Assembly (NCBI GenBank): GCA_050950825.1
Contig: JBMNIH010000007.1
Location: 243,263-307,262 of the forward strand
Direction: 5' to 3'
Length of the DNA: 64,000 nt
Source of the DNA: Clostridia bacterium
GTDB taxonomy: Bacteria > Bacillota > Clostridia > JAAYHZ01
Shown: positions 52,176 to 61,642 of the stretch, piece by piece
Layout of the letters: each line of letters begins with the position of its first letter
Position numbering within the stretch: the first letter of the stretch is position 1
Notes under the pieces: model-generated
The model's input: the letters and a program-made list of their open reading frames with translations, nothing else
Databases searched by the model: none
What the model was told of the DNA's origin: nothing
Translations under genes and position numbers: made by a program

Positions 52176-52312
52176 GCGGTTTGGTACAATATGCGTTTAT
52201 CAATTCTCTTGTCCGAATATATTTTAGTTTACAACACCCGCCACATTCACATTGTGGTGGTTTCTTTTTGTGTTGCGAATTGATAAAACGCATAATCATT
52301 GTACCAAACCGC
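52176..52312. other. Long attC-like inverted repeat spanning the tandem junction
   Basis: 15/15 outer arms 52176-52190 / 52298-52312; second stem 52191-52206 / 52277-52293; inner stem-loop 52232-52275. Confidence 0.85.
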
Positions 52313-52432
52313 TGCGCGGTAGCTCAACAGTATTTACCCTTTTCGGGTCCTAACCTTTATATTTAATTCCTATCACCTTCAAAATCGTATATAATAGCTC
52401 CCATTAATTTGATTTTGAAAGGTGGTATTGTT

Positions 52433-53308
52433 ATGTCAACAAATTTATCCGTCGATTTTGATCAAGCGCTCCACAATGTTAAGTTTGTTCTTGAGACCTG
52501 CCGTTATTCTCAAAGAACAATCTATCTTTATGAGCGACAAATTATTAAGTTTTATCAAACGGTTCAGAAACATCCCTGTCAAATCTCTCAGCAAGATGTA
52601 CTTTTGTATTTGCACGGTCTTGTTAAGCGATCCTTGAGTGCGGATTACATCAACCAAGTCAGAGCAGCCATACGTCTTTTCTTCCGTGTAGGATTGCAAA
52701 AAACTTTTGATGAGTCTTTACTTCCTCGTGTTCGTAAGGAAACTGTACTGCCTGCCGTATTGTCGCAAAATGAAATCAAACGAATATTTTCCTACATAAG
52801 AAACCCTCGATACAGAGTCATTCTATACCTTTGTTATTCTGCAGGTCTTCGTCTCGGAGAAGCCTTGAATCTAAAAATCAAAGATATTGACAGTGAGAAT
52901 ATGCAGATCGCCGTTCGAAAAAGTAAAAACAACAAAGATCGCTATACGATACTGTCTCCGGAGTGTTTGACGCTTCTTCGAGATTATTGGAGGCTTTACA
53001 GACCTGAAGGTCCTTATCTTTTCCCGGGTGCCTCTTCCGGTAAGCCTATGGCAGCGCAGGGAATCCAAAAGGCGTTTCATGATGCCGTAATAAAAGCCGG
53101 AATCCGCAAAAATGCGTGCATTCATTCTTTACGCCATAGCTTTGCGACACACCTTTACGAATCCGGACAAGATATCGAAGTCATACAATCCCTACTCGGT
53201 CATGCAAGCATTTGGACCACCAAACGTTACACGCACTTGGCACGGAAGCATCTTCAAGGGGTGAAGAGTCCGGCTGACGGTTTCGGAGGTGATTTTAATG
53301 TCCTCTAA
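52433..53308 (+). CDS. Tyrosine recombinase, copy 2
   Basis: Same protein as copy 1 except SPECL versus SPEYL. Confidence 0.95.
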   Translation: MSTNLSVDFDQALHNVKFVLETCRYSQRTIYLYERQIIKFYQTVQKHPCQISQQDVLLYLHGLVKRSLSADYINQVRAAIRLFFRVGLQKTFDESLLPRVRKETVLPAVLSQNEIKRIFSYIRNPRYRVILYLCYSAGLRLGEALNLKIKDIDSENMQIAVRKSKNNKDRYTILSPECLTLLRDYWRLYRPEGPYLFPGASSGKPMAAQGIQKAFHDAVIKAGIRKNACIHSLRHSFATHLYESGQDIEVIQSLLGHASIWTTKRYTHLARKHLQGVKSPADGFGGDFNVL

Positions 53309-54455
53309 AATTCAAAAGATCTTTCAGTCCTTTAAAGAGAGATTGCCGTCCCAAAGCTATTCTCCCCAAAAAACAAAAGTCATTGACGCAATCTGTAAGT
53401 GCCGCACTCCCGAAATGGGAGGATTCGTCCAACGATGTGACGATTGCGGTTACACCGAGGCACATTTCAATTCCTGCCGAAATCGACATTGTCCCGTTTG
53501 TCAAGGGTCCAACCAAAGAAAATGGGTTGAAAAGCAAGTCGCCAACACGCTCCCGATACCCTATTTCCACGTGGTTTTCACCGTGCCTGCCGAACTCAAT
53601 CCCTTGTTTCTTGCAAACCCCGACAATATGTTCAATCTGCTCTTTCGTGCCGCTAGTCAAACCGTTTTGACTCTCTCGGAGAACGAAAAATTTCTCGGGG
53701 CGCAACCCGGCTTTATCGCCGTCTTACATACATGGGGGCGAAACATTCAGTTCCATCCCCATTTGCATTGTATCGTAACGGGCGGCGGATTGTCCAGCGA
53801 TCGCAAACGATTCGTTGTTTCCAAAGATTCCTTTTTCCTTCCTCTTAAAGCGATCAGCATCGTTTTCCGGGGAAAGTTCCTCGAGGAATTGAAAACATTC
53901 TTTGTTAATAACACCCTTCAATTGACGGAAGGTTTGGATACCGTTCAAAAAAGGCAACAATTTCTGGACTTACTGTACTCCAAGGATTGGGTATGCTATT
54001 GCAAGAAACCGTTTAAAGACGCTTCCGCCGTTATACGGTATCTCGGCCGATATACTCACAAAGTGGCGATCTCGGACAGCCGAATCGTTTCTCATAATCC
54101 CGACACGCAGACGGTGCGTTTCCACTGGAAAGATTACAAAGATCACAACAAAATCAAGATCATGCAGCTTTCCGAAGACGAGTTCGTACGCCGTTTTCTC
54201 CTCCATGTGTTGCCCAAAGGATTCATGAAAATTCGACATTACGGATTGCTTGCCAACCGAGGAAGAGAAGAGCGTTTGGAATTATGCAGAGATTTGCTGA
54301 AGGCAACCGCACCCACGGGAGTTATTCAAGAATTCCCCAAGTGCAAAGTTGAACCTCTTGACCGCTGTCCGAAATGCGGAAGCCAATCTTTTCTTTTGGT
54401 TCCTCGCTCTTTGTACGCGCAGCCGGCTTTATTGCCTACCGGTACCGGACCGTAG
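53298..54455 (+). CDS. IS91-family HUH/Y2 transposase, copy 2
   Basis: Same translation as copy 1. Confidence 0.95.
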   Translation: MSSKIQKIFQSFKERLPSQSYSPQKTKVIDAICKCRTPEMGGFVQRCDDCGYTEAHFNSCRNRHCPVCQGSNQRKWVEKQVANTLPIPYFHVVFTVPAELNPLFLANPDNMFNLLFRAASQTVLTLSENEKFLGAQPGFIAVLHTWGRNIQFHPHLHCIVTGGGLSSDRKRFVVSKDSFFLPLKAISIVFRGKFLEELKTFFVNNTLQLTEGLDTVQKRQQFLDLLYSKDWVCYCKKPFKDASAVIRYLGRYTHKVAISDSRIVSHNPDTQTVRFHWKDYKDHNKIKIMQLSEDEFVRRFLLHVLPKGFMKIRHYGLLANRGREERLELCRDLLKATAPTGVIQEFPKCKVEPLDRCPKCGSQSFLLVPRSLYAQPALLPTGTGP

Positions 54456-54812
54456 ATTCTTGACAACTGAATATCGTGTAAAACGACCCTTTATGGGAGG
54501 GCGTAGCTTGCTCTTTTTCAGGCGATTTTCCGCTTTTTCTTCGATTTTCAAGGTGCGAAGTACCGTTTTAACGTACTTTTAAGCCTAAAATGTTCGAATC
54601 AAACCGATGTTGACCTTTTAAAATTCCCATGGGAAAATGAGAACCTACGCGGTTTGGTACAATATGCGTTTATCAATTCTCTTGTCCGAATATATTTTAG
54701 TTTACAACACCCGCCACATTCACATTGTGGTGGTTTCTTTTTGTGTTGCGAATTGATAAAACGCATAATCATTATATCAAATATAATGATAAGATATTTT
54801 TTGTTAAGTATA

Positions 54813-54847
54813 CTTTACATACATATGCAATTTGGTATAATTTTATA
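54813..54847 (+). repeat. 35-bp target-site duplication of IS1634, left copy
   Basis: CTTTACATACATATGCAATTTGGTATAATTTTATA, identical at 56884-56918. Confidence 0.92.
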
Positions 54848-56883
54848 CTTGACTTTAACAGTTACGGAATATAAAAAACCTTTGTAATCCTTGAGAAATG
54901 CGGCTTACAAAGGTTCTTTTGATTTCAGAAGATTGTTGTACATTTTTCTTAGTTATCTTTTAGTGTCGGCAATAAGTTGACGTATTGCTCCGGGTTTTAG
55001 AAAACGTTGATTAAGTACAAGATTCAAGGCATTACCGATATCCTTTAGAAGGGGATCATAATAAGCTACTCGGTATACGTTATCCTTAACTAAACAAGCC
55101 TGATATTTTCTCAAAGACTTAATTATCTGTTCGGGAGCGTACTCCTTATTCAAACGCTTTGCCAAGAGTCTTAAAATCAGCAATGCAATGAAGCACGTAA
55201 GAAAATGTCCTTCTATCCTTTGTTTCAATGTAACATAAACGGGACGGGTTTCAAGATCGCTTTTGGTAATTCGAAAACTATGTTCAATTTCCCAAAGCTC
55301 ATGATATCTCTTGGCGACTTCGTGATCCGGCATATTGATTTCGCTTGTAATAATTACATAATAACCGTCGTACTTTTCGTCTTCCATGATTTTTTCCGTA
55401 TCCAAATAAGGAATACGTTTCGTATTGATGCATTCGCCGGTTTCGGAATCGTATTCGATATTTTTAATATAACGCAATGCGCTTTGAGCATCTTGTTTTG
55501 TATAGCGTTTGGGATTCGCTATGATTTTTTGGGCCTTTTCAATCAGTTCGGCCCGCTTATGCTTCCGGCGTCCGGCATATAGTTCGTTGTAACATACAAT
55601 CTGTTTAACATCTATTGGAATCGGGCGTTTCTTGCCGTCCGCATGGGTAACCCGAAATTCCTGCGGATACGGTCTGGATTTTAAGCGGAAAACGGGTTCT
55701 CGTTTTTCCGTTTTTTCATCCCACAGATCCGCCGACTTTACCACTCCTTTTTTCTCCACATAACCCGAAGGGTCAAATACAAAAGACTGTAGTTCCTTAT
55801 TGGCTCCTCGTATTTTTTGCGAGAAGATGAAACCGTCTTTTTCAGCCGTTAAAAATGCCACGTTATCACCGCAATTTAACGCTTTATCCGCAACAACGAT
55901 AATTCTTCCCAATCCGTATTCTTCCCGTACCTTCTCAATAATTGGCATCATTGTTTGACTGTCATGGGTATTTCCTTCGAAGAGACGATATGTAATGGGA
56001 ATCGCATCCGAATCCAGCAATAAACCCATTTGTACCAAAGGGTTACCGGTATTATCTTTGCAATAACCTTTCTTACGAAACTTGTCTTCTTCGTCAATCT
56101 CAAAATAGTAATTGGTAACGTCATAAAAAGTTATGTCGGTCTTGCGATTGTAATGGATTCTTACCTGCTCATGGAGATGAAGAAGAAGGTCTTCTCGAAA
56201 ATCGGAAAAGTAATCCAATGCCCGATATACGTCATACCAATCGCAATTGAAAGGTCTTGCTATTCTTTCTTTCTCTTGAAAACTCGCTATTTTTGATCCC
56301 GGTGCGAGTATGCGTGTGTAGACCAAAAGTTGCATGACATCGTTTAGGGAATAGTCCATAGACTTACTGTGCTGACGGTTAATCAAGAATTGATCAATTT
56401 TGAGTTCATGATAAATTCGGCTTAAAGGCAGAAATCCCAAATGGTACATGGCATCTTCGTTCTCATCCATTACTTCATTTGTACTTACATACCCTAAATA
56501 GACATCTTCTTCGGCTTCTTGCTTTTTCTTCTCCAAAGTACGTAAACGTGCTACTTCTTTAAAGTGAGCAATCGGATCTTCAAAACGATCCAAATATTCG
56601 TCAACGTAACCTAAATTTTCGATTACATTATGCTTTACTTTCTTTGTTTTCGGATCTCTATAACCTTCGACAAAACTCAAATTTATACGACCGTTTTTTT
56701 GCGGAGTAACTTTCAGGTACATGACCGTCCTCCAAAGATCTATATTCTTAACTGATTATATCATAATACACAACAATAGTCAACAATATTAAGAAAATAA
56801 TTTGACATAAAAAAAGCGATCTAACAGCGTCATATCAATGGTTTTCATAATCTTTTTAGGACTAGTTAACTGTTAAACTCGCG
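54848..56883 (-). mobile_element. IS1634-family element (2,036 bp)
   Basis: Imperfect IRs CTTGACTTTAACAGTTA / TAACTGTTAAACTCGCG, long direct repeat, one transposase. Confidence 0.9.
54953..56722 (-). CDS. IS1634-family DDE transposase
   Basis: FYDVTNYYFE, GYCKD, FEGNTHD, VVADKA, YHELWEIEHSFRITKS, RPVY, GHFLTCFIAL. Confidence 0.93.
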   Translation of the reverse strand: MYLKVTPQKNGRINLSFVEGYRDPKTKKVKHNVIENLGYVDEYLDRFEDPIAHFKEVARLRTLEKKKQEAEEDVYLGYVSTNEVMDENEDAMYHLGFLPLSRIYHELKIDQFLINRQHSKSMDYSLNDVMQLLVYTRILAPGSKIASFQEKERIARPFNCDWYDVYRALDYFSDFREDLLLHLHEQVRIHYNRKTDITFYDVTNYYFEIDEEDKFRKKGYCKDNTGNPLVQMGLLLDSDAIPITYRLFEGNTHDSQTMMPIIEKVREEYGLGRIIVVADKALNCGDNVAFLTAEKDGFIFSQKIRGANKELQSFVFDPSGYVEKKGVVKSADLWDEKTEKREPVFRLKSRPYPQEFRVTHADGKKRPIPIDVKQIVCYNELYAGRRKHKRAELIEKAQKIIANPKRYTKQDAQSALRYIKNIEYDSETGECINTKRIPYLDTEKIMEDEKYDGYYVIITSEINMPDHEVAKRYHELWEIEHSFRITKSDLETRPVYVTLKQRIEGHFLTCFIALLILRLLAKRLNKEYAPEQIIKSLRKYQACLVKDNVYRVAYYDPLLKDIGNALNLVLNQRFLKPGAIRQLIADTKR

Positions 56884-56918
56884 CTTTACATACATATGCA
56901 ATTTGGTATAATTTTATA
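56884..56918 (+). repeat. 35-bp target-site duplication, right copy; contains the promoter for the next gene
   Basis: TTTACA-N16-TATAAT with TG extension. Confidence 0.9.
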
Positions 56919-56946
56919 GTGTAAAAAAATGTAGAAGGATAAACTT

Positions 56947-57888
56947 ATGATTTCATACCTTAAGCAAAGAAGCAAAGTCTTTTATGACGAACTGCTTTCT
57001 AATTTATTTTTTATTGCTATACTTGTTGCATACATACTGCTTAAAGCAATTAGCAATTTAACCTACGGCACATCCTATTTCACGGCATTTCGCAGCGGCA
57101 TTATGGGGGTTATCATGTATGTTGCGGGAATGTATGCAGTCAATCTGGCCTCAAATAATACCGACGAGAATAAGCAATCTTTTCGGATGGATACGAAAGT
57201 AGCCAAAAGAGGATTGGCGATATCGGCAGTATATTTCCTGTTCCTTTTTACTACGATCATTGACAATCTTCAGAGAAAGAACATTCTTTCCGGAGCTCCC
57301 GTTCTTTCCTTCCTGCCGGGATACAACCGGCTGATACTTGCCATAGAAAGCTTTTCTCAATCTGTTTCCGAAATTGCAAGCTTCGTGTTACCGGAGCAAA
57401 TTAAGAATATAATCCTGGGAAATCTGATTTATGTACTAATACCGCTTATCATTTTTAAGCTATCGGGTTATCGGTTTAAAGGATTCTTTTCATTGAAAAA
57501 CACAAGAGCAAGCCGGCCAATTCTTGGCATATATTTCATAATGTTTTTCTCTAGCGGTGTTACCGTAAAAAAAATTTGGGGTTTTGTTTACAGCCTTCTT
57601 TACCCTGCATTATGCGAGGAATTCTTTCATAGGGGTATTATATTCCGATCCGCAAGCAGTATTTTTAAAAAAGTTCCTGTCGCATTATTGGTAGGTACTA
57701 TTGCCTTTAGTTTAATGCATATTCCCGATTATTTTTTCCGAATATATAACGGTAATTTACTATTATCTTTTTCTAATATTGCCGATTTACTTCTGTTCGG
57801 TTTCTTACTGGCATACGGGTATCAAAAAACCGGGACACTATTGCCCTGGATACTCGTACATGCATTATCCGATGCACTTTATCTTTAA
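56947..57888 (+). CDS. CPBP (CAAX/Abi) intramembrane metalloprotease
   Basis: EEFFHRG, FSLMH, HALSD; multi-TM. Confidence 0.9.
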   Translation: MISYLKQRSKVFYDELLSNLFFIAILVAYILLKAISNLTYGTSYFTAFRSGIMGVIMYVAGMYAVNLASNNTDENKQSFRMDTKVAKRGLAISAVYFLFLFTTIIDNLQRKNILSGAPVLSFLPGYNRLILAIESFSQSVSEIASFVLPEQIKNIILGNLIYVLIPLIIFKLSGYRFKGFFSLKNTRASRPILGIYFIMFFSSGVTVKKIWGFVYSLLYPALCEEFFHRGIIFRSASSIFKKVPVALLVGTIAFSLMHIPDYFFRIYNGNLLLSFSNIADLLLFGFLLAYGYQKTGTLLPWILVHALSDALYL

Positions 57889-58171
57889 TAAAAGCTGCTG
57901 TAGATTGATTGATAGCCTCCCATTAAAAATTACATATCAAGTGGGAGGTCTATCATCTTGCACGCCGGATTCCGAGACAAAGATCTTGTGTATGTTGTTT
58001 GAAAAATAATAATCATTGCCATTAGCTAATGTTATGGATCCCCTTGCGAAAGGTCTACCCATTCACGTTCGTCGTAATCAGTGGCATATGCTACTGTTGG
58101 CCAAATAGCACCGGTCTCGAAATGTATGCTGTTGTAGGGTCCAATCATATCCGGTACCATACCGACCCGTA

Positions 58172-58714
58172 TTATTTTCCACATTTCTTCATTTCTTTCC
58201 ACTCGGCACGACTGATTGCATATACTTTAAGAATTTCATTTTTTTCATCCGTAAACTCATCAACCGGATGACATCCGTAAGATATTGCCGTTTTTATTGA
58301 CGGAACATTCGTATACTTCATATAGGAGTAAATAACATGAAATGGTGTATTTATAAATGTCCAATCTCTCACGGCTTTTGCAGCCTCACTTGCATACCCT
58401 TTCCTTTGGCAATCCTTTCGAATATGGTATCCTATTTCCGGCTTTATCTGCCCGTTGATTATCTGCATTGTTAGGCCGCAATCTCCTATCACTTCACCGG
58501 TTTCTTTTAAAACCACGGCCCACAAACCGAAGCCAAAAATTCGATACCTCTCCCTATTTCTCTTTATCCATCCTCTTACTCGATCCTCGTCAAAGGCATA
58601 GGGATAGTGTACCATAATATCCGAATCTGCAAGAACAGCATACAATGCATCAAAATCCTTCTCCGTCATTTCTCGCAATATTAATCTGTCCGTTTCTATT
58701 ACCATAATCTCCAT
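58172..58714 (-). CDS. GNAT N-acetyltransferase (RimJ/RimL type)
   Basis: IETDRLILRE, IGDCGL, PEIGYH..QRKGYASEAA. Confidence 0.9.
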   Translation of the reverse strand: MEIMVIETDRLILREMTEKDFDALYAVLADSDIMVHYPYAFDEDRVRGWIKRNRERYRIFGFGLWAVVLKETGEVIGDCGLTMQIINGQIKPEIGYHIRKDCQRKGYASEAAKAVRDWTFINTPFHVIYSYMKYTNVPSIKTAISYGCHPVDEFTDEKNEILKVYAISRAEWKEMKKCGK

Positions 58715-58735
58715 TCCTTAGCCCTTCGGTATACT

Positions 58736-59293
58736 CTAACCCTCGGTTTTTTCAGTCAATGCAGATCCCGATACCAAATCGAAACAATAGATATCATGCA
58801 AATATTTTTCTCCGTGAAATTCTTCATAATACCGGTCACCGGTCTTTACAAATCCCGTTTTTTCCGCTATTCGTATCGAAGCAATGTTATCTACAGAAAT
58901 ATGAGCAAATATTTTTTTAACCTTCATTTCTTCTTTTGCAAATTGAATAATGGCAGCCAGCGTCTCACTCATATAACCTTTTCTCCAATAGGACGGTTGC
59001 AAATCATAACCCGTCTCTACCTCGCCGGTTTCCCTGTTCCAACGGTGAAAACCACAAGTTCCGATCTTTTCACCGTTTTCCTTGAGGACCATAATCCACC
59101 TATGATGATTTCTAGGCTCGCTTTCCAGATAAAAGCGAATCCATTTTTGTGCTTCTTCCACGGAACTACAAGGCTCTGCATCATAAAGATATTGATTTAC
59201 TTCATCGGTTGAAAACTGTTTATAAAAAAATTCCGCATCATCATATCCGATGCATTTTAAAATTTATCTTTCCGTCTCTAAATCAACAAACAT
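58736..59293 (-). pseudogene. GNAT acetyltransferase with premature stop at codon 10
   Basis: MFVDLETER*ILKCIG... in frame with IGTCGFH..TGYDL..WRKGYMSE; TAA at 59264-59266 where ETERL is expected; GGGAGG RBS. Confidence 0.85.
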
Positions 59294-59760
59294 ATTAGCA
59301 TCCTCCCGTGAACAGGTATCCTTATGTCTAGCAAGTGAAAAATCAAGATGAGCCGTTAAACGCTACGTTATGAAAAAACCGGTCGCTTTTTTTATAGCGA
59401 TACCTTACATCTTGTATATCGAATCTTCGAAAACCCTTCATGTACCTTTAATTATATAATGCCCGTTTCCTATTTTCCATAAAAATTATTGTCTTATCTA
59501 TTCCTAAGGAGCGGCACATGTTATGGCCGACTAAAAAAACCATAATACACAAAGATAAAATTCGCTATCGGTATCAAGTCCGACATGACGGCGGACATTG
59601 AATAAATAGGCTAAAAAGAGAACAAAGCGCTCTACGAAATCATCATAACGTAGGGCGCCTTGTTTTTTAGGTTAAGGCTATTGACAAATGAGAAATTCAG
59701 GAATAGTCTAAAAAATCTCCGGTTTCAATAGGTACCAAAGCCAAGTATCAACCGGCATTT

Positions 59761-60129
59761 CATTTGCGTTGCAGATTTTTGCCGCACTTTCCGCGAAAAC
59801 GTGCGCCGGGAGGAACAGGAGCGCCGCATTCGGGGCAGAACTTTATCTGCGAGACATCTTGGTATGTCATCGGCAAATCTTCATTAAGGTGCAGCTTCGG
59901 AAAGAAAAAGCCGGTCTATTTCTCCTCCATACATGCATAACCCGATGGCTCCGGAAGGTGATACCCCATAAAAGTCGTCCTCGTCGATGGGGTTTTCACT
60001 GTCGCTTATCTCGGCGAGAGCCGGCAATTCTTTTACATCGTATCTTTCATCGGAAGTGGAAAAACGGAATCTTCCGCAGAGTGTAGCGGCATATTCCGCC
60101 GCCTCCGGCAAGTTGTCAAATTTTTTCAT
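59761..60129 (-). pseudogene. Degraded hypothetical gene with zinc-ribbon remnant
   Basis: ORF 59884-60129 with GGAGG RBS, then KFCPECGAPVPPGARFRGKCGKNL beyond its stop. Confidence 0.5.
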
Positions 60130-60377
60130 TATAAATTTCCTCCTTACTTAAACAATAGATTATTACAACGCTTACAGCGGTCATTTTGTATGGGGTTCAT
60201 CGTATAGCAGATGTTGCAGTAGATGATACGGTCTTTGGATTTATCGTATTTTTCGTATGAATCGAATTTCGGATGATAGCGTACCCTGTCGCCGACAGAG
60301 AGGTAGCTATTTAGCCCCCTAATATAATTGGAGAAACCATACGAATTTAGTAAAATGAATATAGGGGGTTAATCCAA

Positions 60378-60683
60378 ATGAAACACTATGATGATAAGTT
60401 CAAGGAACAAGTAATAAAAGAATGTCAAGAAGTGGGTAATATTTCCCTTGTTGCTAGACGCCATGATATATCCAAAACTACTATATATGGTTGGATAAAA
60501 GCTTATAAGAAGAGAGGTTCAGTCACTCCACTTCCTAAAAATAAAGACAATAGAGTAAAAGAATTAGAACATAGGCTTAATGTTGTAAGCACAGAAAATG
60601 ATAGATTAAAAAAGCTTGTTGCAGAAAAAGAGTTAGAGCTGCTAATACTTAGAGAATTAAGGGATAGAGTAAACCCCAAGTAG
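60378..60683 (+). CDS. IS3 OrfA (HTH plus leucine zipper)
   Basis: YDDKFKEQVIKE..VARRHDISKTTIYGW, ENDRLKKLVAEKELE. Confidence 0.9.
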   Translation: MKHYDDKFKEQVIKECQEVGNISLVARRHDISKTTIYGWIKAYKKRGSVTPLPKNKDNRVKELEHRLNVVSTENDRLKKLVAEKELELLILRELRDRVNPK

Positions 60684-61642
60684 CCGACAAGGTTGCAATT
60701 GCATTAAGGTGGATAAATAAAGGTTATGATATATCTTTAGTACTTGGCTTTGTCGGCATTGCTGCATCCACCTATTATGAATACATAAAAAGGCAATCAA
60801 AATCTAATAGAAATCATAATATTGCAGCATCTAATAAAGATAATGGAAGGCCTAGACCTGGTTATTCATATACAAAGACCGGTAGAAAAGTATCTGATGA
60901 ACAAATAAAGGAGTGGTTATGCAATTTAATATCAGGAGATGGTTTTCCCTATGGTTACCGTAAACTAACAATATGTCTTAGAGAAGATTATGATCTAATT
61001 ATCAATCATAAAAAAGTATATAGGCTGTGTAAAGAATTAGATATACTAAGACCTCAAAGAAAAATAAAGGAAAAGAGTTCTAAGCATTTAGCTAAGAAAG
61101 AAACAATATCAGCTCCCAATGAGCTTTGGGAAATGGATGTAAAATACGGATATATAAGCGGAGAAGATAAATTCTTCTTTCAACTATCTCTAATAGATGT
61201 ATTTGACAGAAGCATTATAGATTATCATATAGGCTTATCCTGTAAAGCTTCTGATGCTTGCAATGTATTGAGAAATAGTATAAGAAAGCGCAATATATAT
61301 GGTGGTTTAAGGACACCTAAGATAAGGACAGACAATGGCCCTCAATTTGTATCTAAAGAATTTGAAGAATTCTGCAACAGCAATAATATAGTTCATCAAA
61401 GGATACCAGTAAAAACTCCTAATATGAATGCACACATAGAATCATTCCATTCAATATTGGAAGATGAATGTTACAGTCGCAATGAATGGAACAATTTTAA
61501 GGAGGCATACGAAACAATAACTGAATATATGAATTATTATAATAATCGCAGAAGGCATGGAAGCATAAAATATATGGCTCCAAATAAATTCTATGAAGCA
61601 ATTATGAGAAAGAATGTAAAAGCTAAAGCATTTGCTGCATAA
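60680..61642 (+). CDS. IS3 OrfB DDE integrase domain (-1 frame relative to OrfA)
   Basis: YGYRKL, NHKKVYRL, WEMDVKY, RTDNGPQF, NAHIESFH; no start codon of its own. Confidence 0.88.
   Translation, partial: VADKVAIALRWINKGYDISLVLGFVGIAASTYYEYIKRQSKSNRNHNIAASNKDNGRPRPGYSYTKTGRKVSDEQIKEWLCNLISGDGFPYGYRKLTICLREDYDLIINHKKVYRLCKELDILRPQRKIKEKSSKHLAKKETISAPNELWEMDVKYGYISGEDKFFFQLSLIDVFDRSIIDYHIGLSCKASDACNVLRNSIRKRNIYGGLRTPKIRTDNGPQFVSKEFEEFCNSNNIVHQRIPVKTPNMNAHIESFHSILEDECYSRNEWNNFKEAYETITEYMNYYNNRRRHGSIKYMAPNKFYEAIMRKNVKAKAFAA

Larger units (their letters stand above)
49825..52297 (+). mobile_element. Tyrosine-recombinase + IS91-type transposase element, copy 1 (2,473 bp)
   Basis: Unit defined by the tandem repeat; ATT shared at all three junctions. 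Confidence 0.9.
52298..54773 (+). mobile_element. Tyrosine-recombinase + IS91-type transposase element, copy 2
   Basis: Direct repeat of copy 1 at offset 2,473; one difference noticed (A50492/G52965). Confidence 0.9.

Noticed and set aside
57990-58025. ATAATCATTG after the CPBP gene as a second attC-like end
   Set aside because: Matches 10 nt of the element end but has no complementary upstream arm; plausible by chance in AT-rich DNA
58029-58271. ORF or gene remnant between the CPBP and GNAT genes
   Set aside because: No recognisable motif in any frame; overlaps the GNAT 3' end
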